DNA of 64,000 nt from assembly GCA_963793305.1 (NCBI GenBank), contig CAWBZV010000005.1, forward strand, positions 224,001 to 288,000, given 5' to 3'. The stretch comes from an uncultured Gemmatimonadales bacterium (lineage in GTDB: Bacteria; Gemmatimonadota; Gemmatimonadetes; Gemmatimonadales; Gemmatimonadaceae). Positions 42,670 to 55,077 of this stretch are shown in pieces. Position 1 is the stretch's first letter. Each line of letters starts with the position of its first letter. Under the pieces are notes generated by a model. It saw only the letters and a list, made by a program, of their open reading frames with translations. It searched no databases and was not told the DNA's origin. Position numbers and translations under genes: made by a program.

Positions 42670-43623
42670 GTGCATCGCGTCGTTCGCCTTTTGTTCGGTA
42701 CGGCATTCGCCGCGAGCATAGCCAAGGCGGCGCCCTCGGTGCCGTCCGATACGCTCGTCGACTCGAGCGCCAAGGTGGACACTGCGCGGACCGTGCTGGC
42801 GTCCTTTGTGGGCCGCAGCGGCAAGCTAAGGGCGCATTTCGTCACCGAAGCCCGCCGCGCGCTGGAAATCCCGATCATTCGCCAACTCTTCGGCGGCGAC
42901 TCGGCACTGACGCTGCCGGGCGTCTACGCGGTCCCTGACAATTCGTTCGCGTTCATCACGATGCTCCCGTTCACGAGCAAGACCAAGGGCCGCATCGGCG
43001 ACTATCGCGTCGGCTTCTGGCCAGCCGAACGCCACCGGAAGCGCTCGTCGCTCGAGGCGTACGAGAACCCGGACGGGTTCATCATGGTCACGCCCGAGAA
43101 CGCCGACACGCCGATCTCCGAGCACTTCACGTTGCGCGACTTCCTGACGCACGATCAACAGGATGTCTGGCCGAAGTACATGGTCTTGCGCGAAGAGCTC
43201 GTCGACAAGCTGGAACTGATCATCGACGACATGGAAGCCCACGGCCACCCGGTGAACAGGCTTGTGGTCATGTCCGGATTCCGCACACCGGAGTACAATA
43301 TTCAGGGTGTGGGGCGTCGCGGTGGCCGCGCGCTCGACAGCCGGCACCAGTTCGGCGATGCCGCCGATATCTACGTCGACAACGGAGACGGGCAGATGGC
43401 CGACTTGAACGGCGACGGCCGGGTCGACACGCACGACGTGCGCGTGCTGCTCGAATCCGCCGAGCGAGTCGAGGCCGAGCACCCGGAGCTCGTGGGCGGT
43501 GAGGGGATCTATCGGGCGAATCGCCAGCACGGACCTTTCTTGCACGTAGACGTACGCGGCTGGCCGGCGCGCTGGGCTCTCATCGAGCCCCCACGCCGAA
43601 AAGCACGGAGACACACGGCGTGA
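42670..43623 (+). CDS. Peptidase M15A-like zinc peptidase, exported
   Basis: SEHFTLRDF, SGFRTPEYN, SRHQFGDAADI, HVDVR; DLNGDGRVD Ca-loop. Confidence 0.8.
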   Translation: MHRVVRLLFGTAFAASIAKAAPSVPSDTLVDSSAKVDTARTVLASFVGRSGKLRAHFVTEARRALEIPIIRQLFGGDSALTLPGVYAVPDNSFAFITMLPFTSKTKGRIGDYRVGFWPAERHRKRSSLEAYENPDGFIMVTPENADTPISEHFTLRDFLTHDQQDVWPKYMVLREELVDKLELIIDDMEAHGHPVNRLVVMSGFRTPEYNIQGVGRRGGRALDSRHQFGDAADIYVDNGDGQMADLNGDGRVDTHDVRVLLESAERVEAEHPELVGGEGIYRANRQHGPFLHVDVRGWPARWALIEPPRRKARRHTA

Positions 43624-43924
43624 ATGAGCTGTTGCGCGAGCGAATCCTTCGGAATCTCGACGCGCTGAGTGACGACCGGCTGTACCAGGTGCTCGACTAC
43701 GTCGAGTTCCTGAGCTCGAAGTACGCGGAACGCCAGAATCCGCCCCCAAATATCTTCTCGCGCTTCGCGGAAACCGTCGAAGACCAGCTGCGCGCCGGCC
43801 GCGTCTCGACGGCCGCGATCGGCGATGCCATGAACCTCATGAATCGGGCCATGGGCGTGCTGAGCGGCGTGGCCGCCGCTGGCAAGTCTGTTGCAACGGA
43901 TCTCGTGAAAGGAGGGGATAACCC

Positions 43925-43928
<4 letters not shown>
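43620..43928 (+). CDS. Small hypothetical protein
   Basis: 102-aa ORF coupled on both sides; LYQVLDYVEFL. Confidence 0.7.
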
Positions 43929-45930
<2,002 letters not shown>

Positions 45931-45947
45931 CCCACCAGGAGAACGGC

Positions 45948-47426
45948 ATGGCCCTCGGGTCAACGAAAAGCATCGCGATGCTGCAGGCGGAAGCTGCCGA
46001 CGAAGGCAGCCACAGTCTCAAACGCGTCCTGACGGTCTACAACCTCACGTTCTTAGGTATCGGCGCGATTATCGGCGCCGGTATCTTCGTCCTCACGGGA
46101 CACGCCGCGGCGGAGAACGCGGGGAACGCGGTGGTCCTGTCGTTTGGCCTTGCCTTCTTCGGTTGCTTGTTCGCCGGCCTCTGCTACGCGGAGTTCGCGT
46201 CGGTCGTGCCCATCGCGGGGAGTGCCTACACGTACGCCTATGCAACGCTCGGCGAGTTCATGGCCTTCTTCATCGGCTGGAATCTGGTGTTGGAGTACAT
46301 GTTCGGCGCGGCGACGGTCGGCGTGGGTTGGGCGGGCTACTTCTCCGATTTCATGGCCAAGATGGGCATCGTTCTGCCGAAGGCCTTTTCGCAGGCTCCG
46401 GTCGCGTGGAGCGAGACCTTGCACCGGCTCGTGGCTGTCCCCGGGGGCATCATCAACCTGCCCGCGTTCCTGCTCGTCATACTGATGACCGTCGTGCTCG
46501 TGATCGGCATCAAGGAGTCGGCACGATTCAATAACTTCGTCGTGTTCATCAAGCTCGCGATCGTGCTGATCGTGATCGGCGTCGGCTTCTTCTTCGTCAA
46601 TGTGGCGAATTGGCACCCGTTCATCGCGCCGAGCTCCGGTACGTTCGGCAAGTTCGGCTTGAGTGGCGTGGTGCGAGGGGCCGCGGTCGTATTCTTTGCG
46701 TATATCGGATTCGATGCCGTCTCGACGGCTGCTCAAGAGGCGAAGAATCCCCAGCGCGACCTTCCGATCGCCATGCTGGGCTCGCTGGTCATCTGCACGG
46801 TGCTGTACGTGCTCATGTCCCTCGTCCTCACCGGGCTCGCGCCGTACAACCAGCTCGACGTCCCGCACCCGGTCGCCTACGCGCTGAGTCACATCCCGCA
46901 ACTCGGCTGGTTGGAGATCTTCGTCGACATCGGCGCGATCGCGGGCCTCGCGTCCGTCGTACTCGTCATGCTCCTGGGCCAGTCGCGCGTGTTCTTCTCC
47001 ATGTCCCGCGACGGCCTCCTGCCGCCGGCGTTGAGCCGGGTGCACCCGAAGTTCCGCACGCCGTACGTGACCACCATTCTGAGCGGTACGGTCGCCGCGG
47101 TCATCGCCGCCATCTTCCCGATCGACATCCTCGGTGAGTTGGTTTCGATCGGAACACTGTGCGCGTTCACGATTGTCTGCGCGGGTGTGATCGTCCTGCG
47201 GGTAAAGCGCCCGGACCTGCATCGGCCGTTCAAGACGCCGTTCGTCCCGTACGTGCCGCTCCTGGGGATCGGGAGCTGCCTCGGCCTCATGGCGTTCCTG
47301 CCGCGCGCGACGTGGATCCGCTTGATCGTCTGGATGCTGGTCGGGTTCGTCGTGTATTTCGCCTATGGCCGCTATCATTCCAAGTTGGCCACTGAACGCG
47401 AACCCAGCCTGGCACCCGCCGACTGA
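45948..47426 (+). CDS. Amino acid permease (APC family)
   Basis: GIGAIIGAGIF, CYAEFAS..GSAYTY, FFAYIGFD, SRDGLLP. Confidence 0.95.
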   Translation: MALGSTKSIAMLQAEAADEGSHSLKRVLTVYNLTFLGIGAIIGAGIFVLTGHAAAENAGNAVVLSFGLAFFGCLFAGLCYAEFASVVPIAGSAYTYAYATLGEFMAFFIGWNLVLEYMFGAATVGVGWAGYFSDFMAKMGIVLPKAFSQAPVAWSETLHRLVAVPGGIINLPAFLLVILMTVVLVIGIKESARFNNFVVFIKLAIVLIVIGVGFFFVNVANWHPFIAPSSGTFGKFGLSGVVRGAAVVFFAYIGFDAVSTAAQEAKNPQRDLPIAMLGSLVICTVLYVLMSLVLTGLAPYNQLDVPHPVAYALSHIPQLGWLEIFVDIGAIAGLASVVLVMLLGQSRVFFSMSRDGLLPPALSRVHPKFRTPYVTTILSGTVAAVIAAIFPIDILGELVSIGTLCAFTIVCAGVIVLRVKRPDLHRPFKTPFVPYVPLLGIGSCLGLMAFLPRATWIRLIVWMLVGFVVYFAYGRYHSKLATEREPSLAPAD

Positions 47427-48484
47427 CCGACCTCCTCGCTGTACCCGCCCGCCGGGCGGCCGCCGCCCGCCGGCTCGCCACCGAGCTGGTAACGGGACGT
47501 ACAGTCGCACTCTCGACCCACATCAACGCCGACGGCGATGGATGTGGGTCGGAGGTCGCGCTCGCCCATTTGTTAACCGCCTTGGGGCTCAAGGTTTTCA
47601 TCGTGAACCCGACCCCGTGGCCCTCGGCCTTTGATTTTCTGCTCGGCCAAGTCGAAGACCGCTCTGCCGACGGCGCATCGGCGCTCGCGCGCGCGGACGT
47701 CATCCTGGTCGTCGATATCGGCGATGTGCGGCGTCTGGGGACGCTGACCGATACAGTCCGGGCGTCACGCGTGCCAAAACTCGTGATCGATCACCACGAG
47801 GCGGGCGATGAGCCACCCGGCCCGATCCAAATGATCGACACGACTGCCTGTGCGACTGGAGAGCTCGTCTACGATCTGGCCGTCACGCTCGGGCTGCCGA
47901 TCGACACGGCCACAGCGACAGCGCTGTACACCGCGATTTTGACTGACACCGGGGGCTTCCGGTTCAGCAACACCACTCCGCGATGTCACGCCATTGCCGG
48001 GCAGTTGCTGGCGGCCGGCGTCGACCCGGAAGACATGTACCGGCGCGTGTATGCGTCGGTACCGCTCGGGCGGTTGCAACTGCTGCGCGATGCGCTCGAG
48101 ACGCTCGAGGTCGACCCGGAATATGCCATCGCGTGGATCTCGGTCCCCGCTGGTGCAGTCGAACGCTACGCACTTCGCTCTGAAGACCTTGACGGCATAG
48201 TCGAGCATCCGCGTTCGATCGCTGGAACGCGGATGGCGCTCTTCTTCCGCGACCTCGGTCACGGGAAAATCAAAGTCTCTTTCCGCTCGACGGGCAACGT
48301 CGACGTGAATCGCTTCGCCCGCGCGTTCGGGGGCGGAGGGCACGCGAAAGCGGCTGGCGCCCTCATCTCAGGGACCCTTGAGGAGGTGCGCTCGCGCGTT
48401 GTCGAGGCCGCGCGGGCCTTTGTGCAGCCATTGGGCCTCGCACCGCACAACGGCGTCCCTGCAGACGACTCGCTCGCGCTGTAA
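47423..48484 (+). CDS. nrnA: DHH/DHHA1 nanoRNase / pAp phosphatase, probable CTG start
   Basis: THINADGD, IDHH, TDTGGFRF, VSFRS, GGGHAKAAG. Confidence 0.88.
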   Translation: MTDLLAVPARRAAAARRLATELVTGRTVALSTHINADGDGCGSEVALAHLLTALGLKVFIVNPTPWPSAFDFLLGQVEDRSADGASALARADVILVVDIGDVRRLGTLTDTVRASRVPKLVIDHHEAGDEPPGPIQMIDTTACATGELVYDLAVTLGLPIDTATATALYTAILTDTGGFRFSNTTPRCHAIAGQLLAAGVDPEDMYRRVYASVPLGRLQLLRDALETLEVDPEYAIAWISVPAGAVERYALRSEDLDGIVEHPRSIAGTRMALFFRDLGHGKIKVSFRSTGNVDVNRFARAFGGGGHAKAAGALISGTLEEVRSRVVEAARAFVQPLGLAPHNGVPADDSLAL

Positions 48485-48493
48485 CTTTCGTCC

Positions 48494-48751
48494 ATGGCGC
48501 GAGCCGAGCATATCGAAATCCGCATTCGTCAGGTGATCACCGCGCTGAGGCCGTTGCTGCGACTCGAGCCCGCGGCTGGTTGTATCGAGCTCGTGCGATT
48601 CGACGCCGAGTCCGGTGTGGTCAGCGTCCGCGTGTCCGGTGGGTGTCCGGATTGCGACATGTCGGCCACCGCCCTCATTGCTGGCATCGAGGCGCACCTC
48701 ATGCAGCGCGTCCCCGAGATTCGCGCGGTCCAAGCGGTCGGCTCGACATGA
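48494..48751 (+). CDS. NifU/NfuA C-terminal-like Fe-S carrier
   Basis: GGCPDC..S...GIE..L..VPEI. Confidence 0.85.
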   Translation: MARAEHIEIRIRQVITALRPLLRLEPAAGCIELVRFDAESGVVSVRVSGGCPDCDMSATALIAGIEAHLMQRVPEIRAVQAVGST

Positions 48752-49845
48752 GCGACAACCTGCAGGACCTCGTGCGCGCCGCGCTCTCTCGCGTCCGCAA
48801 CGCGCGCCTCGGCGTGAACGTGCTCGACGCCGAGATGATCCGCGACATCGCGATCGCCCCGGGCGGCCGCATTCGGTTGACGCTCCTCCTGACGCCCGAG
48901 GACGACGCGACGCTGGTGCGCAATGTGTACGCCGCGGTCGCGGCGGTCGAGGGCATCACCGATGTCCGCGTGGACCCGAAAGACGCCTCATCGACGCCGC
49001 CCCCAACGTCCCGTCGCATGCTGCCGGTCTTCGACGCCGCGCCGAAGACGCCGGCGCGCCCCGCGGCCCCGACGCCGACCGCGTATCCGAATTTGGGCCG
49101 CGTGATCGCGGTGTCGAGCGGCAAGGGCGGCGTTGGCAAATCGACGGTTGCCGTCAACCTCGCGGTCGCCCTGAGCAAATCCGGCGCTCGCGTCGGGTTG
49201 ATGGACGCCGACATCTACGGACCAAACGTCCCGCGGATGCTCGGCGTCAGCGCACCGCCGCCGGTTATCGACCAGCGCATCATCCCGCTGGTGGCGCATG
49301 GGATCAAGGCCATCAGCCTGGGGCTCCTCATCCCGCGCGATCAACCGGCGATCTGGCGCGGGCCGATCGTCATGAAGGTCATCGGCCAGTTCCTGAAGGA
49401 CGTCGACTGGGGTCAGCTCGACTTCTTGATCGTCGACATGCCACCGGGCACCGGCGACGCCCAGCTGTCGCTCGTGCAGTCGACGCACGTGCACGGCGCG
49501 ATCATCGTCACGACGCCCCAGGCGGTGGCCACCGGTGACGCGCTCCGCGGGGTGAAGATGTTCGAGCGCGTGAACGTGCCCGTGCTCGGCATTGTCGAAA
49601 ACATGAGCTACTTCGAGTGCCCGCACTGTGGGAAGCCCTCGGCGATCTTCGGCGAGGGTGGCGGCGAGCGGCTGGCGACCGAGGTGGGTCTCCCGGTCCT
49701 CGCTCGCATCCCGCTCGACCCACGCGTCGTTGCGGGCGGCGACACGGGCGCCCCCATCGTCGTCACGGCCCCCGAGTCGGGCGCCGCCGTCGCGCTGACT
49801 GCCCTCGCCGCCCGCGTCACCGACGCCGTAGCCGTGCCCGCATGA
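48748..49845 (+). CDS. apbC: Mrp/NBP35 (ApbC) Fe-S cluster ATPase
   Basis: SGKGGVGKST, DADIYGP, WRGP, DMPPGTGD, CPHC. Confidence 0.93.
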   Translation: MSDNLQDLVRAALSRVRNARLGVNVLDAEMIRDIAIAPGGRIRLTLLLTPEDDATLVRNVYAAVAAVEGITDVRVDPKDASSTPPPTSRRMLPVFDAAPKTPARPAAPTPTAYPNLGRVIAVSSGKGGVGKSTVAVNLAVALSKSGARVGLMDADIYGPNVPRMLGVSAPPPVIDQRIIPLVAHGIKAISLGLLIPRDQPAIWRGPIVMKVIGQFLKDVDWGQLDFLIVDMPPGTGDAQLSLVQSTHVHGAIIVTTPQAVATGDALRGVKMFERVNVPVLGIVENMSYFECPHCGKPSAIFGEGGGERLATEVGLPVLARIPLDPRVVAGGDTGAPIVVTAPESGAAVALTALAARVTDAVAVPA

Positions 49846-51221
49846 GCGAAGGGGCGCTGCCCGTCGATGTTTATGACGGCGCGGCGCCAGTAGCACCAGG
49901 CGGACCGTCTCTCGTCCACGATCCGATCACGCGCGTCGTCTGGCGCGTCGGCGTCCCGGCGGTCGCGTCGAACCTCCTGATGATCGTCTTCAGCGTGGTC
50001 GATGCGTTCTGGGTCGGCCGACGCCTCGGCGCGGTCGCGCTCGCCGCCGTCACGACGTCGCTCTTCTGGATCTGGCTCTTCATCTCGATCGCCGAGATGA
50101 TCGGCGTCGGCCTGACGGCGCTCGCCGCGCGCCGGCACGGTGAGGGGCGCCCGGCGGAGGCAGCGCTCGCGGTCGGCGATGCGCTCCAATACGCGCTGGT
50201 GCTTGGCGTTGCCATCGCCGTCCTGGGAACCATCGCGCTCCCGGCGCTGTTCGCCGCGATGCACACACCAGCGGAAGTGACGGCGCTTGGCAGGATCTAC
50301 CTTGGCACGTACCTGCTCGGCGCACCGGGCATCTTCTGCTACTTCGCGGTCGATGCGGCATTTCGCGCGCAGGGTGATACGCGTACGCCATTGCTGCTGC
50401 TGGCGTCGTCGGTCGCGATCACCCTCGTGCTCGACCCCGTGCTGATCCTGGGGTTGGCCGGTGCACCCAAGCTCGGCCTCATGGGCGCCGCGATCGCCAC
50501 GGTCTCGGTTCGCGGCGCCGCCTGTGTCGCCGGCGCCGTGCTGCTCGCGCGCCGCAAAATGGTGCGCTTCGGAGGTGTCCACCCTCGTGTCGTCGCCACG
50601 ATCTCCAGTATCGGTGCGCCGACCGCGCTGACCGGTGTCCTGTTCAGCCTGATCTATGTCGTCGTGACGAGGACGGCCAGTCAGTTCGGGACGCCCGCCC
50701 TCGCGGCGATGGGTCTCGGGTTTCGGGTCGAGAGCTGGGTCTACGTCATTGGCGTCGGCTTCGGAGCCGCGGCTGCGGCGATCGTAGGCCAGAATCTCGG
50801 CGCGGGCGACCCCGTGCGCGCGGAGCGCGCCGGATGGATCACGGTCGCGTTCGCGACGGCGCCCGCGTCGATCGCCGTCGCCGCCGAGTTGCTGTTCCCG
50901 ACGCAACTCGCGGGCATATTTACTCGCGAGTCCGCCGTGATCACGGAGACCGCGCACTATCTCCGCATTGCCGCGCTCTCGCAGCTCTGCGTCGGCGCCG
51001 AGGTGGTGTTCGAGGGCGCGATGGGCGGCGCGGGCGACACGGTGCCGCCGATGGTGTGGTCGACGAGCTGCACGGCAGCCCGTGTGCCCCTGGCGTCGTG
51101 GGCCGCGGCCCGCTGGGGAACGGGCGGCATCTGGGTCGTTATTTCCGCCACCGCCGCGCTCCGCGGGCTCGGCATGGCGGTGCTGTGGAGTTTAGGCTGG
51201 TGGAAAAAGCGCCGGGTATGA
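49842..51221 (+). CDS. MATE family efflux transporter
   Basis: Many TM helices; RAQGDTRTP, LDPVLI.G, VGQNLGAG. Confidence 0.92.
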   Translation: MSEGALPVDVYDGAAPVAPGGPSLVHDPITRVVWRVGVPAVASNLLMIVFSVVDAFWVGRRLGAVALAAVTTSLFWIWLFISIAEMIGVGLTALAARRHGEGRPAEAALAVGDALQYALVLGVAIAVLGTIALPALFAAMHTPAEVTALGRIYLGTYLLGAPGIFCYFAVDAAFRAQGDTRTPLLLLASSVAITLVLDPVLILGLAGAPKLGLMGAAIATVSVRGAACVAGAVLLARRKMVRFGGVHPRVVATISSIGAPTALTGVLFSLIYVVVTRTASQFGTPALAAMGLGFRVESWVYVIGVGFGAAAAAIVGQNLGAGDPVRAERAGWITVAFATAPASIAVAAELLFPTQLAGIFTRESAVITETAHYLRIAALSQLCVGAEVVFEGAMGGAGDTVPPMVWSTSCTAARVPLASWAAARWGTGGIWVVISATAALRGLGMAVLWSLGWWKKRRV

Positions 51222-51979
51222 TCGTCACCCTGCTGACCGATTTCGGGACGGCCGACGGCTATGTCGGCGAAATGAAAGGTGTGCTGGCAGCCTTGGCGCC
51301 GGACGCGGAGCTGGTCGACATCACACACGATATCTCGCCCCAGGATATTGAGGGCGGCCGGCTCGCGCTCGCGCGATACTGGCAGCGTTTTCCAACGGGC
51401 ACGGTGCATCTCGCGGTCGTCGACCCCGGCGTGGGTGGATCTCGCGCCGCGCTCGCCGTCAGCGCCGCCGGACGCTATCTCGTGGGACCCGACAATGGCC
51501 TTCTCTCGCCTGCGCTCCTCATGCCCAGCGCGCGAGTGGTCGAGCTCCCGATTCCCCCAGGCGCATCAGCCACGTTCCATGGACGCGACGTATTCGCCCC
51601 CGCGGCTGCACGATTGGCACTCGGCGCGACCATCGAGACCCTGGGGCAGCAACCGGCGATCGAGCCCATGATTCGCCGAACGCCCGAGCCGAAGCGCGGC
51701 GTCGACGGTGGGCTGCACGGGATCGTGATGACGATCGACCGGTTCGGCAACGCGATCACGAATCTCGTGGGGCTGCGCGGCGGGTCGATCACGGTCGGAG
51801 ACCGGACCCTACCCGTCGTGCGATCCTACATCGATGTGCCTGCCGGCGCGGTGACGGCGGTGTGCGGGTCGAGCGGATTGGTCGAGATCGCCGAGCGCGA
51901 TGGGAACGCGGCGCGCTCGCTCCAGCTTACGCGCGGAGCGAGCGTCGTCTACTGGCCGCCCGCGCCAGCGAGCTTGTGA
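51218..51979 (+). CDS. SAM hydrolase / SAM-dependent halogenase (DUF62) family protein
   Basis: LLTDFG, VVDPGVG, GPDNG, TFHGRDVFAP, DRFGN. Confidence 0.92.
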   Translation: MIVTLLTDFGTADGYVGEMKGVLAALAPDAELVDITHDISPQDIEGGRLALARYWQRFPTGTVHLAVVDPGVGGSRAALAVSAAGRYLVGPDNGLLSPALLMPSARVVELPIPPGASATFHGRDVFAPAAARLALGATIETLGQQPAIEPMIRRTPEPKRGVDGGLHGIVMTIDRFGNAITNLVGLRGGSITVGDRTLPVVRSYIDVPAGAVTAVCGSSGLVEIAERDGNAARSLQLTRGASVVYWPPAPASL

Positions 51980-52980
51980 TCGACCGTGATCTCGCCTAGC
52001 GTCGCGCTGCCCACGAGGTGCAGCGTGAACCGCGGCGCCGGCGTGGTATCGCTGACCTTCACGATGGTCACGTCTTTCGTCTTGACGATGACCGGCTTTG
52101 CGCCTTTCATCGCGGCCTTCGCGCTCGCTTTGGCGACCGCGGCGTCGGTCGCGCGCGCGACGGCGTTGTCAACCGAGCTGTCGTCGTCGCTCGTATCCGC
52201 CGCGTCCTCGTCGTCCGAGGTATCCCGAGCCGGGGCCGCCGCCCGCTCGTGACCCGTCCGTTCGTGACCGCCATCGACGGCGCCCAGTAGGGCCTTGACG
52301 TTCTGCTCCACGCGCACGTCGTCAGGCACGTGGATCGTGAGCGAGCCCAAGCCGACCTTGGCGTCGAGCGTGATGTCGCCGGTCCACGTGCCGTCAAAGT
52401 AGAGATCCCAGTCGCCGATGCCGGCGCGGAGCATGATATGGTCGGCGTTCGCGTTCGCGAGCCCCGTCGCCTTGAATCCCGCGGCGCCGACGGTGAGATC
52501 CATCGAGCGCATGTGGATGGTGTTCGGCGACGAGAACGCGAGGGTCGCATCGGTCGCGCCGGTCTTGAACTTCAGCTGCTGCACGGCGAGACCGCCCAGG
52601 TCGATCTTGACGTCCGCGGCCGCGATTTCCGTCGTGAGGTCGAGCGGGACGCCGCGCGCGAGCCCGATATGGAGCTCGTTCTGGTCGACGTCGCCCCCGG
52701 GCATGGTGAAGTTCTGAGACTTGATCCCTAAGTGGACCGAGTGGCTGGCGGCGTCGTACGTCGCGACCGGCGCGGTCCGTCCCGTGGGATAGCGCAGGTG
52801 CATCTCGTACAAGTCCGGGCCCGTCGCCGGTCCGAGCGTAAACGTGCCGGCGCCGTAGGTGATACTCACGTTGAGCGGAGCCGGGTCGCGCAACTGTCGC
52901 GTGACATCGAGCGTCCGCCATTCCTGCGCGCTGGCGCTACTCCACGCGAGCGCGACGGCGAGAAGTGTCAGTCTCATCAT
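51949..52980 (-). CDS. Exported toast-rack/LiaF-like beta-solenoid protein
   Basis: Signal peptide; repeated L.x.GA/G.x beta units; acidic low-complexity insert. Confidence 0.65.
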   Translation of the reverse strand: MMRLTLLAVALAWSSASAQEWRTLDVTRQLRDPAPLNVSITYGAGTFTLGPATGPDLYEMHLRYPTGRTAPVATYDAASHSVHLGIKSQNFTMPGGDVDQNELHIGLARGVPLDLTTEIAAADVKIDLGGLAVQQLKFKTGATDATLAFSSPNTIHMRSMDLTVGAAGFKATGLANANADHIMLRAGIGDWDLYFDGTWTGDITLDAKVGLGSLTIHVPDDVRVEQNVKALLGAVDGGHERTGHERAAAPARDTSDDEDAADTSDDDSSVDNAVARATDAAVAKASAKAAMKGAKPVIVKTKDVTIVKVSDTTPAPRFTLHLVGSATLGEITVDHKLAGAGGQ

Positions 52981-54476
52981 GATGACGGCGTCTGCGAAGG
53001 CGGTGGGGTCGGCCGACGAGCGGCTGCGACGCCGCCCACCGGCGTCGGTGTCTGCCATGCCATGCCTGGCAGCGACGAAGCACCCGCGGTTCTCATCTCG
53101 CCGCGCGCGGCTTTGCGTGCGTCGTACCGCGTGGCGATAACCGAACCGAATCCCGAGGCCAGCGCGATGAACGTGACGGCGCTGGCGATGACGTGCAGGA
53201 GCGCGCCGGCGACCGGGATCCAGCCCGCGGCGGCGGCGATCACCCAGAGTCCCATATAGATCGCAATGCCGGTCACCACGGCGCGCAACCGTGCGCCGCG
53301 GTCCGTCAACGCATGCGCCCGCTTCCGGAAGAACGCCTGCCCGGTCGTCTCGGCGACGGCGGTGAATCCGAGCACCGCGACGCCGAGCACGAGCAAGACG
53401 TAGGCAATGGCGGCGAGCGGCGCGACGACGATCCCGATGATCGTGATGCAGAGCAGCACGATCATGATCACACCCACCGGAATCACGGCGAGAAGCCCAA
53501 TGATGCCGAACAGCAGCGAGCGGCCGAACTGCTCGGAGAGCGAGAGCGACGCCGCGTCCAGGCGGTCACCGGCGAATGTGAGGACGCCGATGCCCATGAC
53601 GAGCGCGAGACACAGCCAGGCGATGGACAACTCGAGCGAGCGCCACGGTGACCGGCCGGCTCTTGGCGCAGCGGCGATCGGAGACATCGGACCGATCGCT
53701 TCCGGGAGTGAGCGGATCTCGCCGTCGACCTCGCCGCCCGGCATGACCACGACGTTCCCGTGCGCGGCGAACGCGTTGCCCGTGATGTGTCCCGACGGAT
53801 GGACGTGAATGTCGCCATCCACGCTGACCACGTCGCCCTCGACGAGCCCGCTCACTTCAATCGGGCCATCGACGGTGGCGACGACTTGGTCCAACTTGGC
53901 GGTCGAATCCACGGACCGCATGCCGACGCTGAACGCGCTGGTAGCGGGAATCGAGATCGAGGCCGGATCACGCCGCGCGCGGTCGATCTCCCTGCGCATG
54001 GCATCGGTCATGGAACTCCCGGGTGGCGCCATCATCGGCGGCATGGGCGGGATCGGCGGTACTGGCGGCACCGGCATGCCGTGGGGACCAGCGAACCGGC
54101 GATGGTGCCGGTCCATGGCGCGGTGCAGGGCGTCCTGGAATTGCTGGCGTGCTTCGGCTGCGTGGGGATCGTGGTGGACGCTGTATTGGATGTAGCGCTT
54201 CATGGCGGCCTTGACCTCGGGGTCGCGCATGACATCGGGATCGTTGTTGATCGCGTCTTGCATGGACGAGTCGCCGAATGCCTGGCTCATTGCCTGGCCC
54301 AGGGATTCGCCCCACCGGCCCATTTGCTCGCCGTATTTCTGGCCCCACTGTCCCATCCGCTCGCCCCATGCGGCCATGGAGTCGGCGTTAGTCGGCGGCG
54401 GTGGCGGGGCAGGCGGTTGCGCTGTGGCGACCGCGGCAAGCCCTAAGAACGTCAGTCCGGCAACGAGTATGCGCAT
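52977..54476 (-). CDS. Membrane protein with bactofilin-like beta-helix and C-terminal TM bundle
   Basis: Signal peptide; G.V.GD/GN repeats; TM region LLCITIIGI...WIPVAG. Confidence 0.7.
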   Translation of the reverse strand: MRILVAGLTFLGLAAVATAQPPAPPPPPTNADSMAAWGERMGQWGQKYGEQMGRWGESLGQAMSQAFGDSSMQDAINNDPDVMRDPEVKAAMKRYIQYSVHHDPHAAEARQQFQDALHRAMDRHHRRFAGPHGMPVPPVPPIPPMPPMMAPPGSSMTDAMRREIDRARRDPASISIPATSAFSVGMRSVDSTAKLDQVVATVDGPIEVSGLVEGDVVSVDGDIHVHPSGHITGNAFAAHGNVVVMPGGEVDGEIRSLPEAIGPMSPIAAAPRAGRSPWRSLELSIAWLCLALVMGIGVLTFAGDRLDAASLSLSEQFGRSLLFGIIGLLAVIPVGVIMIVLLCITIIGIVVAPLAAIAYVLLVLGVAVLGFTAVAETTGQAFFRKRAHALTDRGARLRAVVTGIAIYMGLWVIAAAAGWIPVAGALLHVIASAVTFIALASGFGSVIATRYDARKAARGEMRTAGASSLPGMAWQTPTPVGGVAAARRPTPPPSQTPSS

Positions 54477-54477
54477 T

Positions 54478-55077
54478 CTAAGCGCGCCTCCGCCGCGACA
54501 CAGCCGCGGCACGAAGAGCAAATGCTGCCGCCAAAAAGACGACAATATAGAGACTTATTGACGCCACTATAACAGCAGTAGCGTTACCACCAAGGGCTTG
54601 GGTAGCGGAGCGGCCCAAGAGGGCCTGCACAACCGCAGCGCCGGTCGTTGCCAGGCCCCGGACCAGCGTCGTCCGGACCAGGCCGGCAAAGAACAGGGTG
54701 GCGTCCGCGTGGCCTGCGAGCCACACAGTGGCCACTGTCACCAGGGTGGCCAATGACAAGGCCGCCCCACCCAGGGCCAGCCGGACGGGCTGGGAACGGG
54801 GCGCTAGGGGCCGAATCAAGCCCACGACGCTGTCACGGGCGGCAACATGCCAGGGTTCGTATATCTGGACCTGGGCCATGACCCGGGACGTAAAGTCCGG
54901 GGACGGGGCCAAGCGCGGCAAATGTTCCAGGGCCTCGACCACCTCACGCTCCTCCTCGAACGCCGCGCGGCACTGGTCGCACTCGCCCAGATGCGCCTGG
55001 AGGGGGGCAACGCCAAAGCCGACCTCTCCGTCCAGGAGCTGGTCGATTTCGTCGGGGAGAAGGTGGCGGTGATTCAT
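54478..55077 (-). CDS. Zinc-binding (HxxxCxxC) transmembrane anti-sigma factor
   Basis: LLDGE..AHLGECDQC, APSPDFTSRVM, TM helices. Confidence 0.85.
   Translation of the reverse strand: MNHRHLLPDEIDQLLDGEVGFGVAPLQAHLGECDQCRAAFEEEREVVEALEHLPRLAPSPDFTSRVMAQVQIYEPWHVAARDSVVGLIRPLAPRSQPVRLALGGAALSLATLVTVATVWLAGHADATLFFAGLVRTTLVRGLATTGAAVVQALLGRSATQALGGNATAVIVASISLYIVVFLAAAFALRAAAVSRRRRA

Noticed and set aside
51218..51979. DUF62 gene as a fluorinase/chlorinase natural-product locus
   Set aside because: Housekeeping context with no biosynthetic genes; most family members are SAM hydrolases
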